Positions 30,140 to 40,124 of a DNA stretch of 64,000 bases are shown here, piece after piece (the stretch's first letter is position 1; every line of letters begins with the position of its first letter). Origin of the DNA: Fibrobacter sp. (GTDB taxonomy: Bacteria; Fibrobacterota; Fibrobacteria; Fibrobacterales; Fibrobacteraceae); assembly GCA_017526585.1 (NCBI GenBank), contig JAFXRC010000072.1, positions 6,736 to 70,735 of the forward strand, in the 5' to 3' direction. The notes under the pieces are model-generated. The model saw nothing but the letters and a program-made list of their open reading frames with translations. It was not told the origin of the DNA and ran no database searches. Both the position numbers and the translations under genes were made by a program.

Positions 30140-30577
30140 TTACTTTTCCTTAGATTCGGTGACAACCATGCCACGGTTACGCATAAAGCCAGTCAAAAGA
30201 CCATTCACAAAGGTATTGGAATTATCGGTACTATACTTAGCGGCAATCTGCACCGCTTCAGAAATCGCGACCTTCATCGGGATTTCTGCCACATACGAAA
30301 GCTCGACCATTGCAATACGCAGCACAATGCGGTCAAGGGTCGCCATGCGATCCAATTCCCAGTGAGCGGCAGCAGTCTTGATTTCTTCGTCCAATTCAGC
30401 ACGATGGGCCTGCACCAGGTCGACAAGCTTCATTCCGTATTTTTTCTGTTCGGCATGAAGGGGCTGGGATTCCAGAACGCCGGGAAGAGCCTCGCCAGCA
30501 GTCTGCCCCGTAATTTCCATCGCATACAGAAGTTGCATCGCAAAGACGCGAGCAGGTCGAAAACTTACCTTAGGCAT
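30140..30577 (-). CDS. nusB: Transcription antitermination factor NusB
   Basis: DRIVLR, VAISEAV and FVNGLL motifs; follows ribH. Confidence 0.93.
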   Translation of the reverse strand: MPKVSFRPARVFAMQLLYAMEITGQTAGEALPGVLESQPLHAEQKKYGMKLVDLVQAHRAELDEEIKTAAAHWELDRMATLDRIVLRIAMVELSYVAEIPMKVAISEAVQIAAKYSTDNSNTFVNGLLTGFMRNRGMVVTESKEK

Positions 30578-30582
30578 AAGCT

Positions 30583-31047
30583 CTAAATTTCCTTATACAA
30601 ATTTGCCATTTCAACAGCGGTAGAAGCCCAGCTGCTACCGAGATTACCCGCCTTGAGACCGGCGCGGTTCATAGCCTGGTCCACGGTATCGGTCGTAAGG
30701 ATTCCAAGAATCACGGGGAGTTTTCCTTCGGCGGCGATGTTAGCAATACCACCGGTAGAAGCGTTCACCACCACATCATAGTGGCTGGTTTCGCCGCGAA
30801 TCACGGCACCGAGCGCCATCACGGCACTGTACTTGCCGCTGTCAGCGAGGCGACGGCACACACCCGGAAGTTCGAAAGCGCCCGGCACATGCAAGACAGT
30901 AATGTCCTTGTCTGCGACACCGAGCAGTTCAAGCTGACGCACAGCTCCTTCCAGGAGCTTGTCGGTCACGACCTCGTTAAATCGGGCAACGGCGATTGCC
31001 ACCTTGAGGCCCTTTCCATTCAGGGAATTCTTGATTTCGTTCACCAT
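30583..31047 (-). CDS. ribH: 6,7-dimethyl-8-ribityllumazine synthase
   Basis: ARFN, VPGAFELP and GAVIRGETSHYD motifs. Confidence 0.97.
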   Translation of the reverse strand: MVNEIKNSLNGKGLKVAIAVARFNEVVTDKLLEGAVRQLELLGVADKDITVLHVPGAFELPGVCRRLADSGKYSAVMALGAVIRGETSHYDVVVNASTGGIANIAAEGKLPVILGILTTDTVDQAMNRAGLKAGNLGSSWASTAVEMANLYKEI

Positions 31048-32307
31048 TTACTTTTCCTCTTTCAAATTTTCTTCGGGCGAAATGCCTGCAGCACCGGCAG
31101 CTTCATCGACATGCAGCTGGTGTCCCATCTTTTTCTGCTTCGTGAGCAGGTAGAACAAGTTTTCCTTGTTCGGCTTAATTTCGATCGGCACGCGTTCCAC
31201 GATTTTAAGACCGTATGCCGTAATGCCCGAAATTTTGCTCGGGTTGTTTGTCAAAAGACGCATTTCCTTGACGCCGAGATCCGCGAGAATCTGGGCGCCC
31301 GTACCGTACTGGCGCAAATCGGACTTGAACCCAAGGTGCAAGTTCGCCTCGACCGTGTCCATACCCTTTTCTTGCAGTTCGTAAGCGCGGAGCTTGTTGC
31401 AGAGCCCGATTCCACGACCTTCCTGACCACGCATGTAAAGGAACACACCGCCGTGCTCGCCAATGAACTTCATGGCGGCGGCAAGCTGTTCACCACAGTC
31501 ACAACGCAGACTACCGAAAATATCGCCCGTAAGGCATTCGCTATGCACGCGCACATACACCGGCTTGCTGAAGTCGGGGTTGCCTGCGACCCAAGCCACA
31601 TGTTCGACGCCATCGGTCTTGCTCTTGTAAGCGTAGGCGGTAAAATCACCGTACTTCGTCTGCACATGCGGGGCGGCAACGCGCTGCACGAGTTTCTCGT
31701 TTCTCAGACGGTAGTCGATGAGGTCGTGAATCGAGATAATTTTGATGCCGAATTTCTTTGCGACTTCCTGAAGCTGCGGCATACGAGCCATCGTGCCGTC
31801 TTCGTTCATGATTTCAATCAGTGCTGCCGCCGGACGGAGTCCAGCAAGCTTAGCCAAGTCCACTGCCGCTTCGGTATGGCCTGCGCGACGGAGGACGCCC
31901 TCTTCCTGGGCGTACAGGGGCGAAATATGCCCCGGCCGTCCAAAATCGCTGGGTTTGGAATTCGGATCCGCCAAGGCGAGAATCGTCGCCGCACGGTCAT
32001 GGGCGGATACACCCGTAGTGCAGCCTTCAATCTTGTCGACCATGATGGTGAACGGCGTCCCGAGAATCGAGGTATTTTCTGCGGTCTGCCGCGTGAGGTT
32101 CAGTTCATGGCAGCGCTTGATCGGGAGCGGTGCGCAAAGCACGCCACGACCTTCGTGGAGCATGAAGTTCACCTTTTCGGGCGTAATCTTTTCGGCGGCG
32201 ATCACAAAGTCGCCTTCGTTTTCGCGGTCTTCGTCATCGACCACAATCAAAAACTTGCCGTTCTTAAAATCTTCTATGGCCTCTTCAATCGTATTAAGCA
32301 AGGTCAC
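31048..32307 (-). CDS. ribBA: Bifunctional DHBP synthase / GTP cyclohydrolase II
   Basis: [34 protein letters not shown] and QEGRGIGL motifs. Confidence 0.97.
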   Translation of the reverse strand: MTLLNTIEEAIEDFKNGKFLIVVDDEDRENEGDFVIAAEKITPEKVNFMLHEGRGVLCAPLPIKRCHELNLTRQTAENTSILGTPFTIMVDKIEGCTTGVSAHDRAATILALADPNSKPSDFGRPGHISPLYAQEEGVLRRAGHTEAAVDLAKLAGLRPAAALIEIMNEDGTMARMPQLQEVAKKFGIKIISIHDLIDYRLRNEKLVQRVAAPHVQTKYGDFTAYAYKSKTDGVEHVAWVAGNPDFSKPVYVRVHSECLTGDIFGSLRCDCGEQLAAAMKFIGEHGGVFLYMRGQEGRGIGLCNKLRAYELQEKGMDTVEANLHLGFKSDLRQYGTGAQILADLGVKEMRLLTNNPSKISGITAYGLKIVERVPIEIKPNKENLFYLLTKQKKMGHQLHVDEAAGAAGISPEENLKEEK

Positions 32308-32893
32308 GTTCCTTCAGATAATTTTCAATATACTTGCCAAGCATGTCGACTTCCACATTCACGATAGTTCCCGGAACCCAATTGCGCAGGTTCGTGCGGG
32401 CAAGCGTTTCAGGGATAATGCACACGCGAATGGAATCCTCGAACTTTTCAGCGACCGTGAGGCTGATTCCGTTAAGCGAAATCGAACCGCGGCGAATCAC
32501 GTAGCGACGGAGGTCTGCAGGGAGTTTCAAATCCACTTCGACACCCGTTTCACGCGGAGTCACCTTGATGACTTCGGTAATGCAGTCCACATGACCCATC
32601 ACAAAATGACCGCCCATAAAGCTGTCTGCACGACACGGAAGTTCCAAATTCACCAACTTGCCGACAGCGGCCTGCTTGAAGCCCGTGTTTTCCACCGTCT
32701 GGTGCATCAGGCAAAAAGTGGCTTCGTCATCGGTGCAAGATTCAATGGAAAGACAAACACCGTCGTTCGCGACACTGTCGCCCAACTTACAATTCTTAAA
32801 AAAGCCCGGTGACTTAAGGCGCATGGTAAGCGCATCGCCCCTGCTTTCGATAGAAACGATTTCACCGGTAGATTGAATAATTCCCGTAAACAT
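32294..32893 (-). CDS. ribE: Riboflavin synthase
   Basis: Starts with MFTGII (ATG at 32893); [10 protein letters not shown] and VNVEVD motifs. Confidence 0.95.
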   Translation of the reverse strand: MFTGIIQSTGEIVSIESRGDALTMRLKSPGFFKNCKLGDSVANDGVCLSIESCTDDEATFCLMHQTVENTGFKQAAVGKLVNLELPCRADSFMGGHFVMGHVDCITEVIKVTPRETGVEVDLKLPADLRRYVIRRGSISLNGISLTVAEKFEDSIRVCIIPETLARTNLRNWVPGTIVNVEVDMLGKYIENYLKERDLA

Positions 32894-33005
32894 ACGGGGG
32901 CAAATATAGCAAAAGGCGAGTGCCGCGCCAACACAAGAATTGCGTTGGCATGGCCGAGCCGTACTATATGCACTCCGAAGGAGTGCCATGTAGAAAATTT
33001 TCCCT

Positions 33006-33932
33006 CTAGAACTTAATCGGATACAACAAGTACCAGTGGAATTCGGGATAAACTTGCACGGTCGGGGCCGGCAACTTGAAGTAATTCAGGTACTTCACGA
33101 TGGTGCGCGCCATACGGCTCTGCGGGCGGAATGCTTCCAGGTCGTAATCGAGCGCGATATAGACTTCACGATGCGGGTGCGGATCGTCCGTAAACACACC
33201 CTCGTCGATGCTGAGGCCCACCGCCAGGGCAAGCCAGCTCGGATAATACGCACGGGCGGCCTTCGGCAACAGGCGATAAACCTTGAACGAAGCCCAGAAG
33301 GTCTGATTGCAGTAATCATCCGTAAACACGCCCGTATCACTTTGTCTGTAATACGCCTTGGAATTGATCCAGTAACTCCACTTGAGATCTACGTACTTGA
33401 ACACGGGAACATAGCGCTCCGCCATCGGCAGAAAGCCTCCCAAGGTACCCGACAATACGTCGAAAACGCTAAAGCCCCACTTGGGCGCAAAACCGTCCTT
33501 CACGTCAATCGCCACATGCGTCGCAAAAGCAGAAAGTCCCGCAAAAAGGTAAGAGTTGAACTCGGAAATTCCCGCCCAGCGGTAGCCTTCGTAAAAGGTC
33601 TCGCCCATCATGACGCCCGACGCGAAATGTCCGAACTTGTCTAGGTTCAAGGCGTAGTCAAAATCGTTTTCGAAATGGAAATCGCTCCCCTGCTCGTCCC
33701 ACCAGCCCTTATGAAATACGAGCCAATAAGCAGCACCATAAGCAATCAACACGGTCGAGGCAACGCCGACACTTTTGGCAACCGAAAATTGAACCGTATC
33801 GGTCGGGTCTTCGCTGCGGTAATCCCACGTGGAATCGCGCCATGTCAGCGGATCGCCCGGAGCCGCATGCAAAGACACGCATGCGAACAAAAGCGCCACC
33901 AGCGCAACCGATATGGAACGGAAAAATTTCAC
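33006..33932 (-). CDS. DUF2279/YfiM-like secreted or outer-membrane protein
   Basis: Signal peptide; LDKFGH, DGFAPKWGFS and DDYCNQTFW motifs. Confidence 0.75.
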   Translation of the reverse strand: MKFFRSISVALVALLFACVSLHAAPGDPLTWRDSTWDYRSEDPTDTVQFSVAKSVGVASTVLIAYGAAYWLVFHKGWWDEQGSDFHFENDFDYALNLDKFGHFASGVMMGETFYEGYRWAGISEFNSYLFAGLSAFATHVAIDVKDGFAPKWGFSVFDVLSGTLGGFLPMAERYVPVFKYVDLKWSYWINSKAYYRQSDTGVFTDDYCNQTFWASFKVYRLLPKAARAYYPSWLALAVGLSIDEGVFTDDPHPHREVYIALDYDLEAFRPQSRMARTIVKYLNYFKLPAPTVQVYPEFHWYLLYPIKF

Positions 33933-33947
33933 GGGCGTAAATTTAAC

Positions 33948-33974
33948 AAAAACGCCCCGCGTATGCGGGGCGTT
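33948..33974 (-). terminator. Terminator after fabF
   Basis: aacgccccgc-atac-gcggggcgttttt. Confidence 0.85.
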
Positions 33975-33995
33975 CCTGAAGTTTTTAGCAAACGA

Positions 33996-35228
33996 TTAGT
34001 TGCGGCCGAGGAGCAGCACGCTGTTCTGGCCACCGAAGCCGAAGCTGTCGGACATGGCGTAGTTGAACGAGTGGCTGGTGTTCTTGTTGGCGCACACATC
34101 GAGGTGGATGCGTTCGTCCTGGTTGAACACGTTCGTGGTCGCGTGAATCATCTGATTCTGCAAGGACTTCACGGTGATGATGGCTTCGAGAGCACCGGCG
34201 GCGCCGAGAGCGTGACCGATCATGCACTTGGAGGAGTTCACCTTGAGGTTTTCGGTGGCGCCGGCAAAGACATGCTCGAGGGCGGAGCATTCCGCAACGT
34301 CACCGAGCGGAGTCGAAGTACCGTGAGTGTTCACGTAACCGATGTCCTTCGGAGAAAGACCCGATTCGCGGAGAGCCATTTCGATAGCGAGGCGAACGCC
34401 TTCGCCGTCTTCACGCGGGGCAGACATGTGGTGAGCGTCGGCGCTCATGCCGATGCCGGCCACGCGGGCCAAAATGTTCGCGCCACGCTTCTTGGCGTGA
34501 GAAAGGCTTTCGAGAACGAGAATGCCGGAACCTTCACCAATTACGAAGCCGTCGCGGTCCTTGTCGAAGGGGCGAGAAGCCGTCGTCGGATCGTCGTTGC
34601 GCTTGCTCAAGGCCTTCATGGAGGTAAAGCCTGCGAGAGCCACATTGTTCACGGTTTCGTCGGTACCGCCGGCAAGCATAATGTCGGCGCGGCCCAAACG
34701 AATCTGGTCGTAGGCGGCGGCGATGGAGTGGTTCGATGTTGCGCAAGCGGAAACCACAGCGTAGCAGGGGCCCATCCAACCGGTACGGTTAGAAACTTCG
34801 CCAGCGGGCATATTCACGATAGACATCGGAATAAAGAACGGGGATACGCGGCTCGGGCCACGGTTCGAAAGCGAAACGACAGAGTCGCTATAAATCTGCA
34901 TGCCGCCGATACCGGAACCGATAATCACGCCAGAGCGGGTCGGATCTTCGTTTTCGGGGGAAATACCAGCGTTCTTGAGTGCCTGGAAAGAAGCATACAC
35001 AGCGTACTGGATGCACCTGGACAGACGAGATGAATCGCGAGGGGTAATGTATTCGGAACCATCGAATTCCTTGACGGCGGCAGCTATCTTGATCGGATAG
35101 TTGGTCACGTCGAAACGTTCGATCGTTGCGAGTCCGGATTTACCTTCCAGCAGGTTGTTCCAAAGGAGTTCCGGCGTATTGCCGAGGGCGGAAACACACC
35201 CCATACCAGTGATTACGACTTCTTCCAT
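33996..35228 (-). CDS. fabF: 3-oxoacyl-ACP synthase II
   Basis: VVITGMG, SACATS, NTHGTST, GHALGAAG and SFGFGG motifs; ATG at 35228. Confidence 0.95.
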   Translation of the reverse strand: MEEVVITGMGCVSALGNTPELLWNNLLEGKSGLATIERFDVTNYPIKIAAAVKEFDGSEYITPRDSSRLSRCIQYAVYASFQALKNAGISPENEDPTRSGVIIGSGIGGMQIYSDSVVSLSNRGPSRVSPFFIPMSIVNMPAGEVSNRTGWMGPCYAVVSACATSNHSIAAAYDQIRLGRADIMLAGGTDETVNNVALAGFTSMKALSKRNDDPTTASRPFDKDRDGFVIGEGSGILVLESLSHAKKRGANILARVAGIGMSADAHHMSAPREDGEGVRLAIEMALRESGLSPKDIGYVNTHGTSTPLGDVAECSALEHVFAGATENLKVNSSKCMIGHALGAAGALEAIITVKSLQNQMIHATTNVFNQDERIHLDVCANKNTSHSFNYAMSDSFGFGGQNSVLLLGRN

Positions 35229-35341
35229 AATGATGCCAAATATAGCAAAAAGCAAAACTTACAAAGTGATATTTTATCCTTAATTTTTAGAAATTTGATA
35301 TGAATTTCTTAAAATATCACTACATAACACATCGTTGCAAA

Positions 35342-35375
35342 AAGAAAAGGATCCCACGAAAGGAATCCTTTTCTT
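35342..35375 (-). terminator. Terminator after the tRNA
   Basis: aagaaaaggat...atccttttctt inverted repeat. Confidence 0.75.
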
Positions 35376-35377
35376 AA

Positions 35378-35450
35378 TAGTGCCAAAGGGACTCGAACCC
35401 TTGTTACCGGCGTGAGAGGCCAGTGTCCTGGACCACTAGACGATGGCACC
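35378..35450 (-). tRNA. tRNA-Glu (anticodon CTC), CCA not encoded
   Basis: GGTGCCA..TGGCACT acceptor stem, D arm TCTAGTGGTCCAGGAC, anticodon arm CTGGC-CTCTCAC-GCCGG, GTTCGAG T loop; TATATTTG at 35478-35485. Confidence 0.95.
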
Positions 35451-35518
35451 GTAATGCTTGCTATTTCAAGCGCCGCCCAAATATAGCAAACATTTCAGAA
35501 CTTGTCTATAACTAGAGA

Positions 35519-37471
35519 CTAGTCCCTATAATACAGGTCAAGGTTGCTTTCGACAGCGGTCGAATTTTCAAGGTTCGTCACGAACTCGTTAAACAGGCTC
35601 ATGGCAATGTAGCTGCTCGAGTTGGCAACATCGGTCTTGACAGCGGACTTCACCGCTTCTTCTTCCGGAGCCTTCTTGGAAACAACCTTCACCATCACGG
35701 CGCCGTTATCGGTAGCGACCGGAGCAGTCCATTCACCTTCCTTCGCATTTTCAAGCGTCTTAGCAAGGCGAGCGTTACCGTAGCCGAAGCCCGGCACATA
35801 GCCATCCACAGAAGAGGTCACCGTTTCGACGTTCACCTTTTCAATCTTGCTTGCGGCAACAGTTGCGGAGTCGGCAGCGCTGTCTGCAGGAGCCCAAGCC
35901 TTCACCTTGTCGGCGACAGAGCTCAGGTAAGCTTCAGCAGCGGCAGCAGCCTTGTTGCGCAGAAGCGTAGACTTGATGTTGTTGTAGTAGAGATCCAGGC
36001 TACGTTCGCCGGCCTTGAGGTCCTTCACCTTCAAAGCAACGACCACCCACTTGTTGTTCTTCATGATCGGAGAAACCTTGCTGGCTTCGTCCGGCAGATT
36101 TTCGTTCGGCCATGCATAGGCACCGAGACCCTTCAGGTAACCGACACCTTCGATGTTTTCGCCGCGAGAAATCCAGTTGGAAGTGTGCGTGTCGAGACCC
36201 TGTTCCTTGGCGGCATCAGCAAAGCTCTTGCCTGCATCGACAGAAGTCTTGATCTTCGTGAGAATGCCTTCGAGGCTGTCAATCGTTTCAGAAGAAGCGT
36301 TCACAATCAAGAGAATGTGACCGACCTTGACGAGGTCAGCACCGGTAGAATCCTTGGACTTGCCGTAGCTCTTGATGATGTGGTAGCCGAAACGGGTGCG
36401 AACCGGTTCAGAAACGGCACCGGAATCGAGACCGAAGGCGACATCTTCAAATTCCTTCACATACACGCCGCGACCCACATAGTCTTCGCTCAGGAGACCA
36501 CCCTTCTCGGCAGTACCCTGGTCTTCAGAAGAGATGCGAGCCATGTCTTCGAACGTGGTCGTCGAAGCAGAGTCAGTCAGCTGGTAGTAAAGCGTCATGG
36601 CGTATTCGCGGATGCGGGCGTCGTCACCGGCAGTGGCTTCGACCGGGAGGTAGGCGAATTCAAACTGAGCCATATCCTTCTTCACAAAGAAGCTGTCGCG
36701 GTGGGCATTGTAGTAACCAGCAACCATCACGCTGTCAACGGTATTTTCGTCAATCTTGAAATCGCCGTTAGAGGCGACTGCCACCTGCAGTTCGTAATCG
36801 GTCAGACGACGATTAACAGCCCAGTTAGCTTCCAAGGATGTCGGATGCACCGAAGCCCCGACCAGCATCTGCAGTTGGCGCATCGGAATGGTGTTCATCT
36901 TCAGGTCTTCTTCGAACTGAAGCATCACACCCCAGCGGAAAGCCTCAGGAGTCTTGAGCCAGGCGTCGTACTCATCCTTGTTGAAGGTGGAGTCCAGAAG
37001 GAACTTCGGGAGCGTAGAGACATAAGCCTGGTAGCGCTGCATGAAGTCTTCCTGGCTTGCAGACTGCTGCTGAATCATGCGGATACGCATCTGGGCTTCC
37101 TGAACCAGACGGGCACGGACGGCGTCGGGATTGCGGCTGAATTCGGATTCGAGTTCAGACACAGAAGCGCTGAGTTCAGCCTTTTCGAACTGTTCGTTCA
37201 AAAGAATCTGGCGCACAAAGCTGCGGAACACTTCGGTACGCAGTTGATTGTACTGTTCGTCTTCGAGGTGCTGACCCTGGTACTGGTTCTGCACGATGGT
37301 CTTGATGCGAGAATCAAATTCGGCATAAGTGATCTTCTTGTCGTTCACCACGCCCACCGGGTAGCTGTGCGCCTGGTTCGGCACACGGTCCATGGCCAAA
37401 AGGCCCACCACGATACCCGCAGCGAAAATAACGATGATCCACTTGGCTTTTTCATTAATCCACGTTAACAT
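35519..37471 (-). CDS. PpiD/SurA-like parvulin peptidyl-prolyl isomerase
   Basis: N-terminal anchor, SurA_N-like region, rotamase motif SEDQGTAEKGG..EFEDVAF..VRTRFGYHII. Confidence 0.9.
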   Translation of the reverse strand: MLTWINEKAKWIIVIFAAGIVVGLLAMDRVPNQAHSYPVGVVNDKKITYAEFDSRIKTIVQNQYQGQHLEDEQYNQLRTEVFRSFVRQILLNEQFEKAELSASVSELESEFSRNPDAVRARLVQEAQMRIRMIQQQSASQEDFMQRYQAYVSTLPKFLLDSTFNKDEYDAWLKTPEAFRWGVMLQFEEDLKMNTIPMRQLQMLVGASVHPTSLEANWAVNRRLTDYELQVAVASNGDFKIDENTVDSVMVAGYYNAHRDSFFVKKDMAQFEFAYLPVEATAGDDARIREYAMTLYYQLTDSASTTTFEDMARISSEDQGTAEKGGLLSEDYVGRGVYVKEFEDVAFGLDSGAVSEPVRTRFGYHIIKSYGKSKDSTGADLVKVGHILLIVNASSETIDSLEGILTKIKTSVDAGKSFADAAKEQGLDTHTSNWISRGENIEGVGYLKGLGAYAWPNENLPDEASKVSPIMKNNKWVVVALKVKDLKAGERSLDLYYNNIKSTLLRNKAAAAAEAYLSSVADKVKAWAPADSAADSATVAASKIEKVNVETVTSSVDGYVPGFGYGNARLAKTLENAKEGEWTAPVATDNGAVMVKVVSKKAPEEEAVKSAVKTDVANSSSYIAMSLFNEFVTNLENSTAVESNLDLYYRD

Positions 37472-37540
37472 AGAGTAGACTCCATAAAAATTTTGTCGGG
37501 CTAAATGTAGTAAAAAAAAGAGTTTTCACATACAAAACGA

Positions 37541-37571
37541 AAGGATTTGGGCCAAATTAGACCCAAATCCC
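37541..37571 (-). terminator. Terminator ending the FISUMP cassette
   Basis: ggatttggg/cccaaatcc stem followed by T residues on the minus strand. Confidence 0.65.
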
Positions 37572-37591
37572 AATTCGAACAAGAAAAACAG

Positions 37592-38626
37592 TTAGTCTTT
37601 CACGCAGCGGACTGCTGCTAAATCATCAGAATAATCAGACCATTCCCTGCTCATCCGTTCTACAACAAACCTTCCATCTTGAAATTGCACAAAATATTGC
37701 GTTAAAAAAATAGAATCATATTTATCGGATTTATTCACAGACTCTAGATTATTATTCATGGTAACAAACATTGCATAATAGGCATCTTTTTGATAATTTA
37801 TATAATCAGGATTCAAAGATGGCACAATAGAAAAGCCTGTAGCGTTTTTACCGGTTTGCCAACCAATCTTTGAGTACAAGTCTACAGTTCTATGAGATCC
37901 CAGGACAACTCCCCATTCCGTCGTATCAGGAATATGCCAGCCATCCATGCATATTCCCTGATAAAAATCTTTAACCGAATCACCTTTCGCTATCCCAAGA
38001 GCATCTTCCCACCGATAAGCACACCCTATCGAAAGAGAATCTTTGCATTCGGTAGCCGCAGGAACATAGACCAGATTTTCCGCCATCCAAGTCATATCAT
38101 TAATATCAATAGTTCTATAAATATGACCATCGCGTTCATCCGCAACTGAGCCATATTCTATTTCATCATTAAAATAATTTTCCTTCGGAATATCAAATAC
38201 AGAGGCTTTTTTCCATCCTATTTTTTCAGTCCAAAAGCATACATAGTCAACATCTCTAACAGAGATATAATTTCTATCTGTAGATTCGACACAGCCCAGA
38301 CCGACGGTTAACTCATTTACGGTCGCATAACGCCAAAGGTTTCCATCATAAACAAAACCATTCGCATCATAATCAGCAATATGAACAACCCCGTCTTCCA
38401 CAGGTTCTAAGCCAGCCGTTTTTTCTTCCAATTCAGTGAGGCTGCTCGAAGATACACCCTTATTAAGCGAAGAACTACTTGATGATTCGATGGAACTCGA
38501 CAATTCCACTTCATCATTCAAAATATTTTTTTCTGCGTTCGTACTTGAATCATCAAAACAGGCTCCAAGCAACAGCAAAAAAACGAAATATACGAAAGAA
38601 ATGGATGTGTGTTTAAACATATTCAA
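37592..38626 (-). CDS. FISUMP (Fibrobacter major paralogous domain) lipoprotein, short form
   Basis: LGAC lipobox, Ser-rich linker, DERDGHIYRT..WMAENL, GICMDGWHIP and VRCVKD. Confidence 0.9.
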   Translation of the reverse strand: MNMFKHTSISFVYFVFLLLLGACFDDSSTNAEKNILNDEVELSSSIESSSSSSLNKGVSSSSLTELEEKTAGLEPVEDGVVHIADYDANGFVYDGNLWRYATVNELTVGLGCVESTDRNYISVRDVDYVCFWTEKIGWKKASVFDIPKENYFNDEIEYGSVADERDGHIYRTIDINDMTWMAENLVYVPAATECKDSLSIGCAYRWEDALGIAKGDSVKDFYQGICMDGWHIPDTTEWGVVLGSHRTVDLYSKIGWQTGKNATGFSIVPSLNPDYINYQKDAYYAMFVTMNNNLESVNKSDKYDSIFLTQYFVQFQDGRFVVERMSREWSDYSDDLAAVRCVKD

Positions 38627-38632
38627 ACTCCT

Positions 38633-40093
38633 TTATTGCAAAGAAACTCGCCAAAAGAAAAATCCATCGGTTGTTGAATTAAAACAAACCGGTTCATCAT
38701 CAACAATCTGTTGGAGGCAAACAGGTCTTAAAGCTATACTAAATCCTAATGCTGTAACACTATGTATACTAAACACTACCGCTGATGTTGCTGATGATCC
38801 TATAAAATTAACATGTATATCTTGAATTCTAGGAACAATATTTTGTGCAGTAAAATCCTGAGCAAACAAAATATTCACCGATTGAGGCAACGCACTATGC
38901 TGAACGACAACTTGTCCTTCATCAAATTGATACGGATATGTTCCCACATTAAATACCGTCACTTGATTATCTTTACGAATCGAATATTTACCCACAGGCA
39001 CAACAAATGGCGGATTATGATAAGATCCCCCAGAAATCCAATCTATCAAGGAGTTGTTAACAACTGTTGCAGTCGCACAATTGCCAATATGAACAGCATA
39101 ACTTTTCGTACCATTAATTTCCCTTTTATGACAATTTCCCTCAACAATATTTCCCACAGATGGTAACACAGAAGACCCATCAATTTTCACATCATAGCAT
39201 GTTGAAGGATCTCCTGATCTATTCAACTCCAAAAAATGATTATGTGATATATTTAACTGAAATGGATTCGTAGCCTTAATTCCACCCCTATAAATATTCG
39301 AAAAAGTATTTCCCAGAATAATGCACTGCATTGTCCCTTCAACATATATTCCCCACCCAGTTTGTACATTTTTCTTCCTTTGATCATCCCAAGACCCATC
39401 AAAATAATTATTCTCTATACGAACACTTGCACAAGAAGAAGCTAAATAAACACCAGAATGATTCCCCGGAACAATATCGTTTCCTGATATATTTATGGAT
39501 CCATTGCTTAATCGAATTGCATATTGAAGACTATTCGGATCCTCATTAGCCCAAATGTAATTGTTTATAATTCGTGAATCGGAATCATTCAGCCAAATAG
39601 ACCCACTACTAAACACACAGTTTTCAATATGCGTCATGAATGCAGAATATTCACTAGATGCAGAAATTGGCGTTGTTCTACCCTTAGTTGCATCCCATGT
39701 TAAAACGCCTGAATACAAACGGTTTACAGCATAAAAAAAGACTCCATATATTCTCAACCCAATAGGTCTATCTGCTTCAACATGGAAACTATTTGTGGTT
39801 GTCATTGAGGCGTATGTCATAGCCATATCTCTAATTTCAATGTACGAAGAGTCATTATTACCTCTATTTATCTGAATTATGGGAACATCTGCCGTACAAC
39901 GTATATTCGAAGAAGTGCCTACCCCAGAAAAAACAATGTTACTATACAGAACTATTGATTGCGATATCGTGTAGGTTCTATTAGAAAGAGCAACAGTACC
40001 CCCTCCTGCAATATGCGCATCATAAATTGCAGCAGATATTTTTGCAAAGTCTGTTCCAGAATAATCATTAACATAATAAATTCCGTGAGCCAT
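38633..40093 (-). CDS. Right-handed beta-helix protein (pectate-lyase-3/tailspike-like) without a signal peptide
   Basis: GTDFAKISAAI..GGGTVAL..TYTISQSIVL opening, Asn-ladder repeats (IENNYF, ILGNTF, ISHNHF, VEGN); AGGAG SD; AT-rich. Confidence 0.75.
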   Translation of the reverse strand: MAHGIYYVNDYSGTDFAKISAAIYDAHIAGGGTVALSNRTYTISQSIVLYSNIVFSGVGTSSNIRCTADVPIIQINRGNNDSSYIEIRDMAMTYASMTTTNSFHVEADRPIGLRIYGVFFYAVNRLYSGVLTWDATKGRTTPISASSEYSAFMTHIENCVFSSGSIWLNDSDSRIINNYIWANEDPNSLQYAIRLSNGSINISGNDIVPGNHSGVYLASSCASVRIENNYFDGSWDDQRKKNVQTGWGIYVEGTMQCIILGNTFSNIYRGGIKATNPFQLNISHNHFLELNRSGDPSTCYDVKIDGSSVLPSVGNIVEGNCHKREINGTKSYAVHIGNCATATVVNNSLIDWISGGSYHNPPFVVPVGKYSIRKDNQVTVFNVGTYPYQFDEGQVVVQHSALPQSVNILFAQDFTAQNIVPRIQDIHVNFIGSSATSAVVFSIHSVTALGFSIALRPVCLQQIVDDEPVCFNSTTDGFFFWRVSLQ

Positions 40094-40124
40094 TTTTTCT
40101 CCTTTTTTATTATCGAACACCAAA

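Noticed and set aside
27052-30153. 1033-aa plus-strand ORF and other long antisense ORFs (11559-13205, 30781-32367, 36185-37468, 55133-56587)
   Set aside because: They mirror well-supported genes on the opposite strand, have no recognisable motifs, and are expected from codon bias
32894-33005. FMN riboswitch upstream of the rib operon; extended ribE start at 32989
   Set aside because: No FMN aptamer consensus; the promoter-like octamer is 7 nt from the MFTGII start, so the longer N-terminus is unlikely
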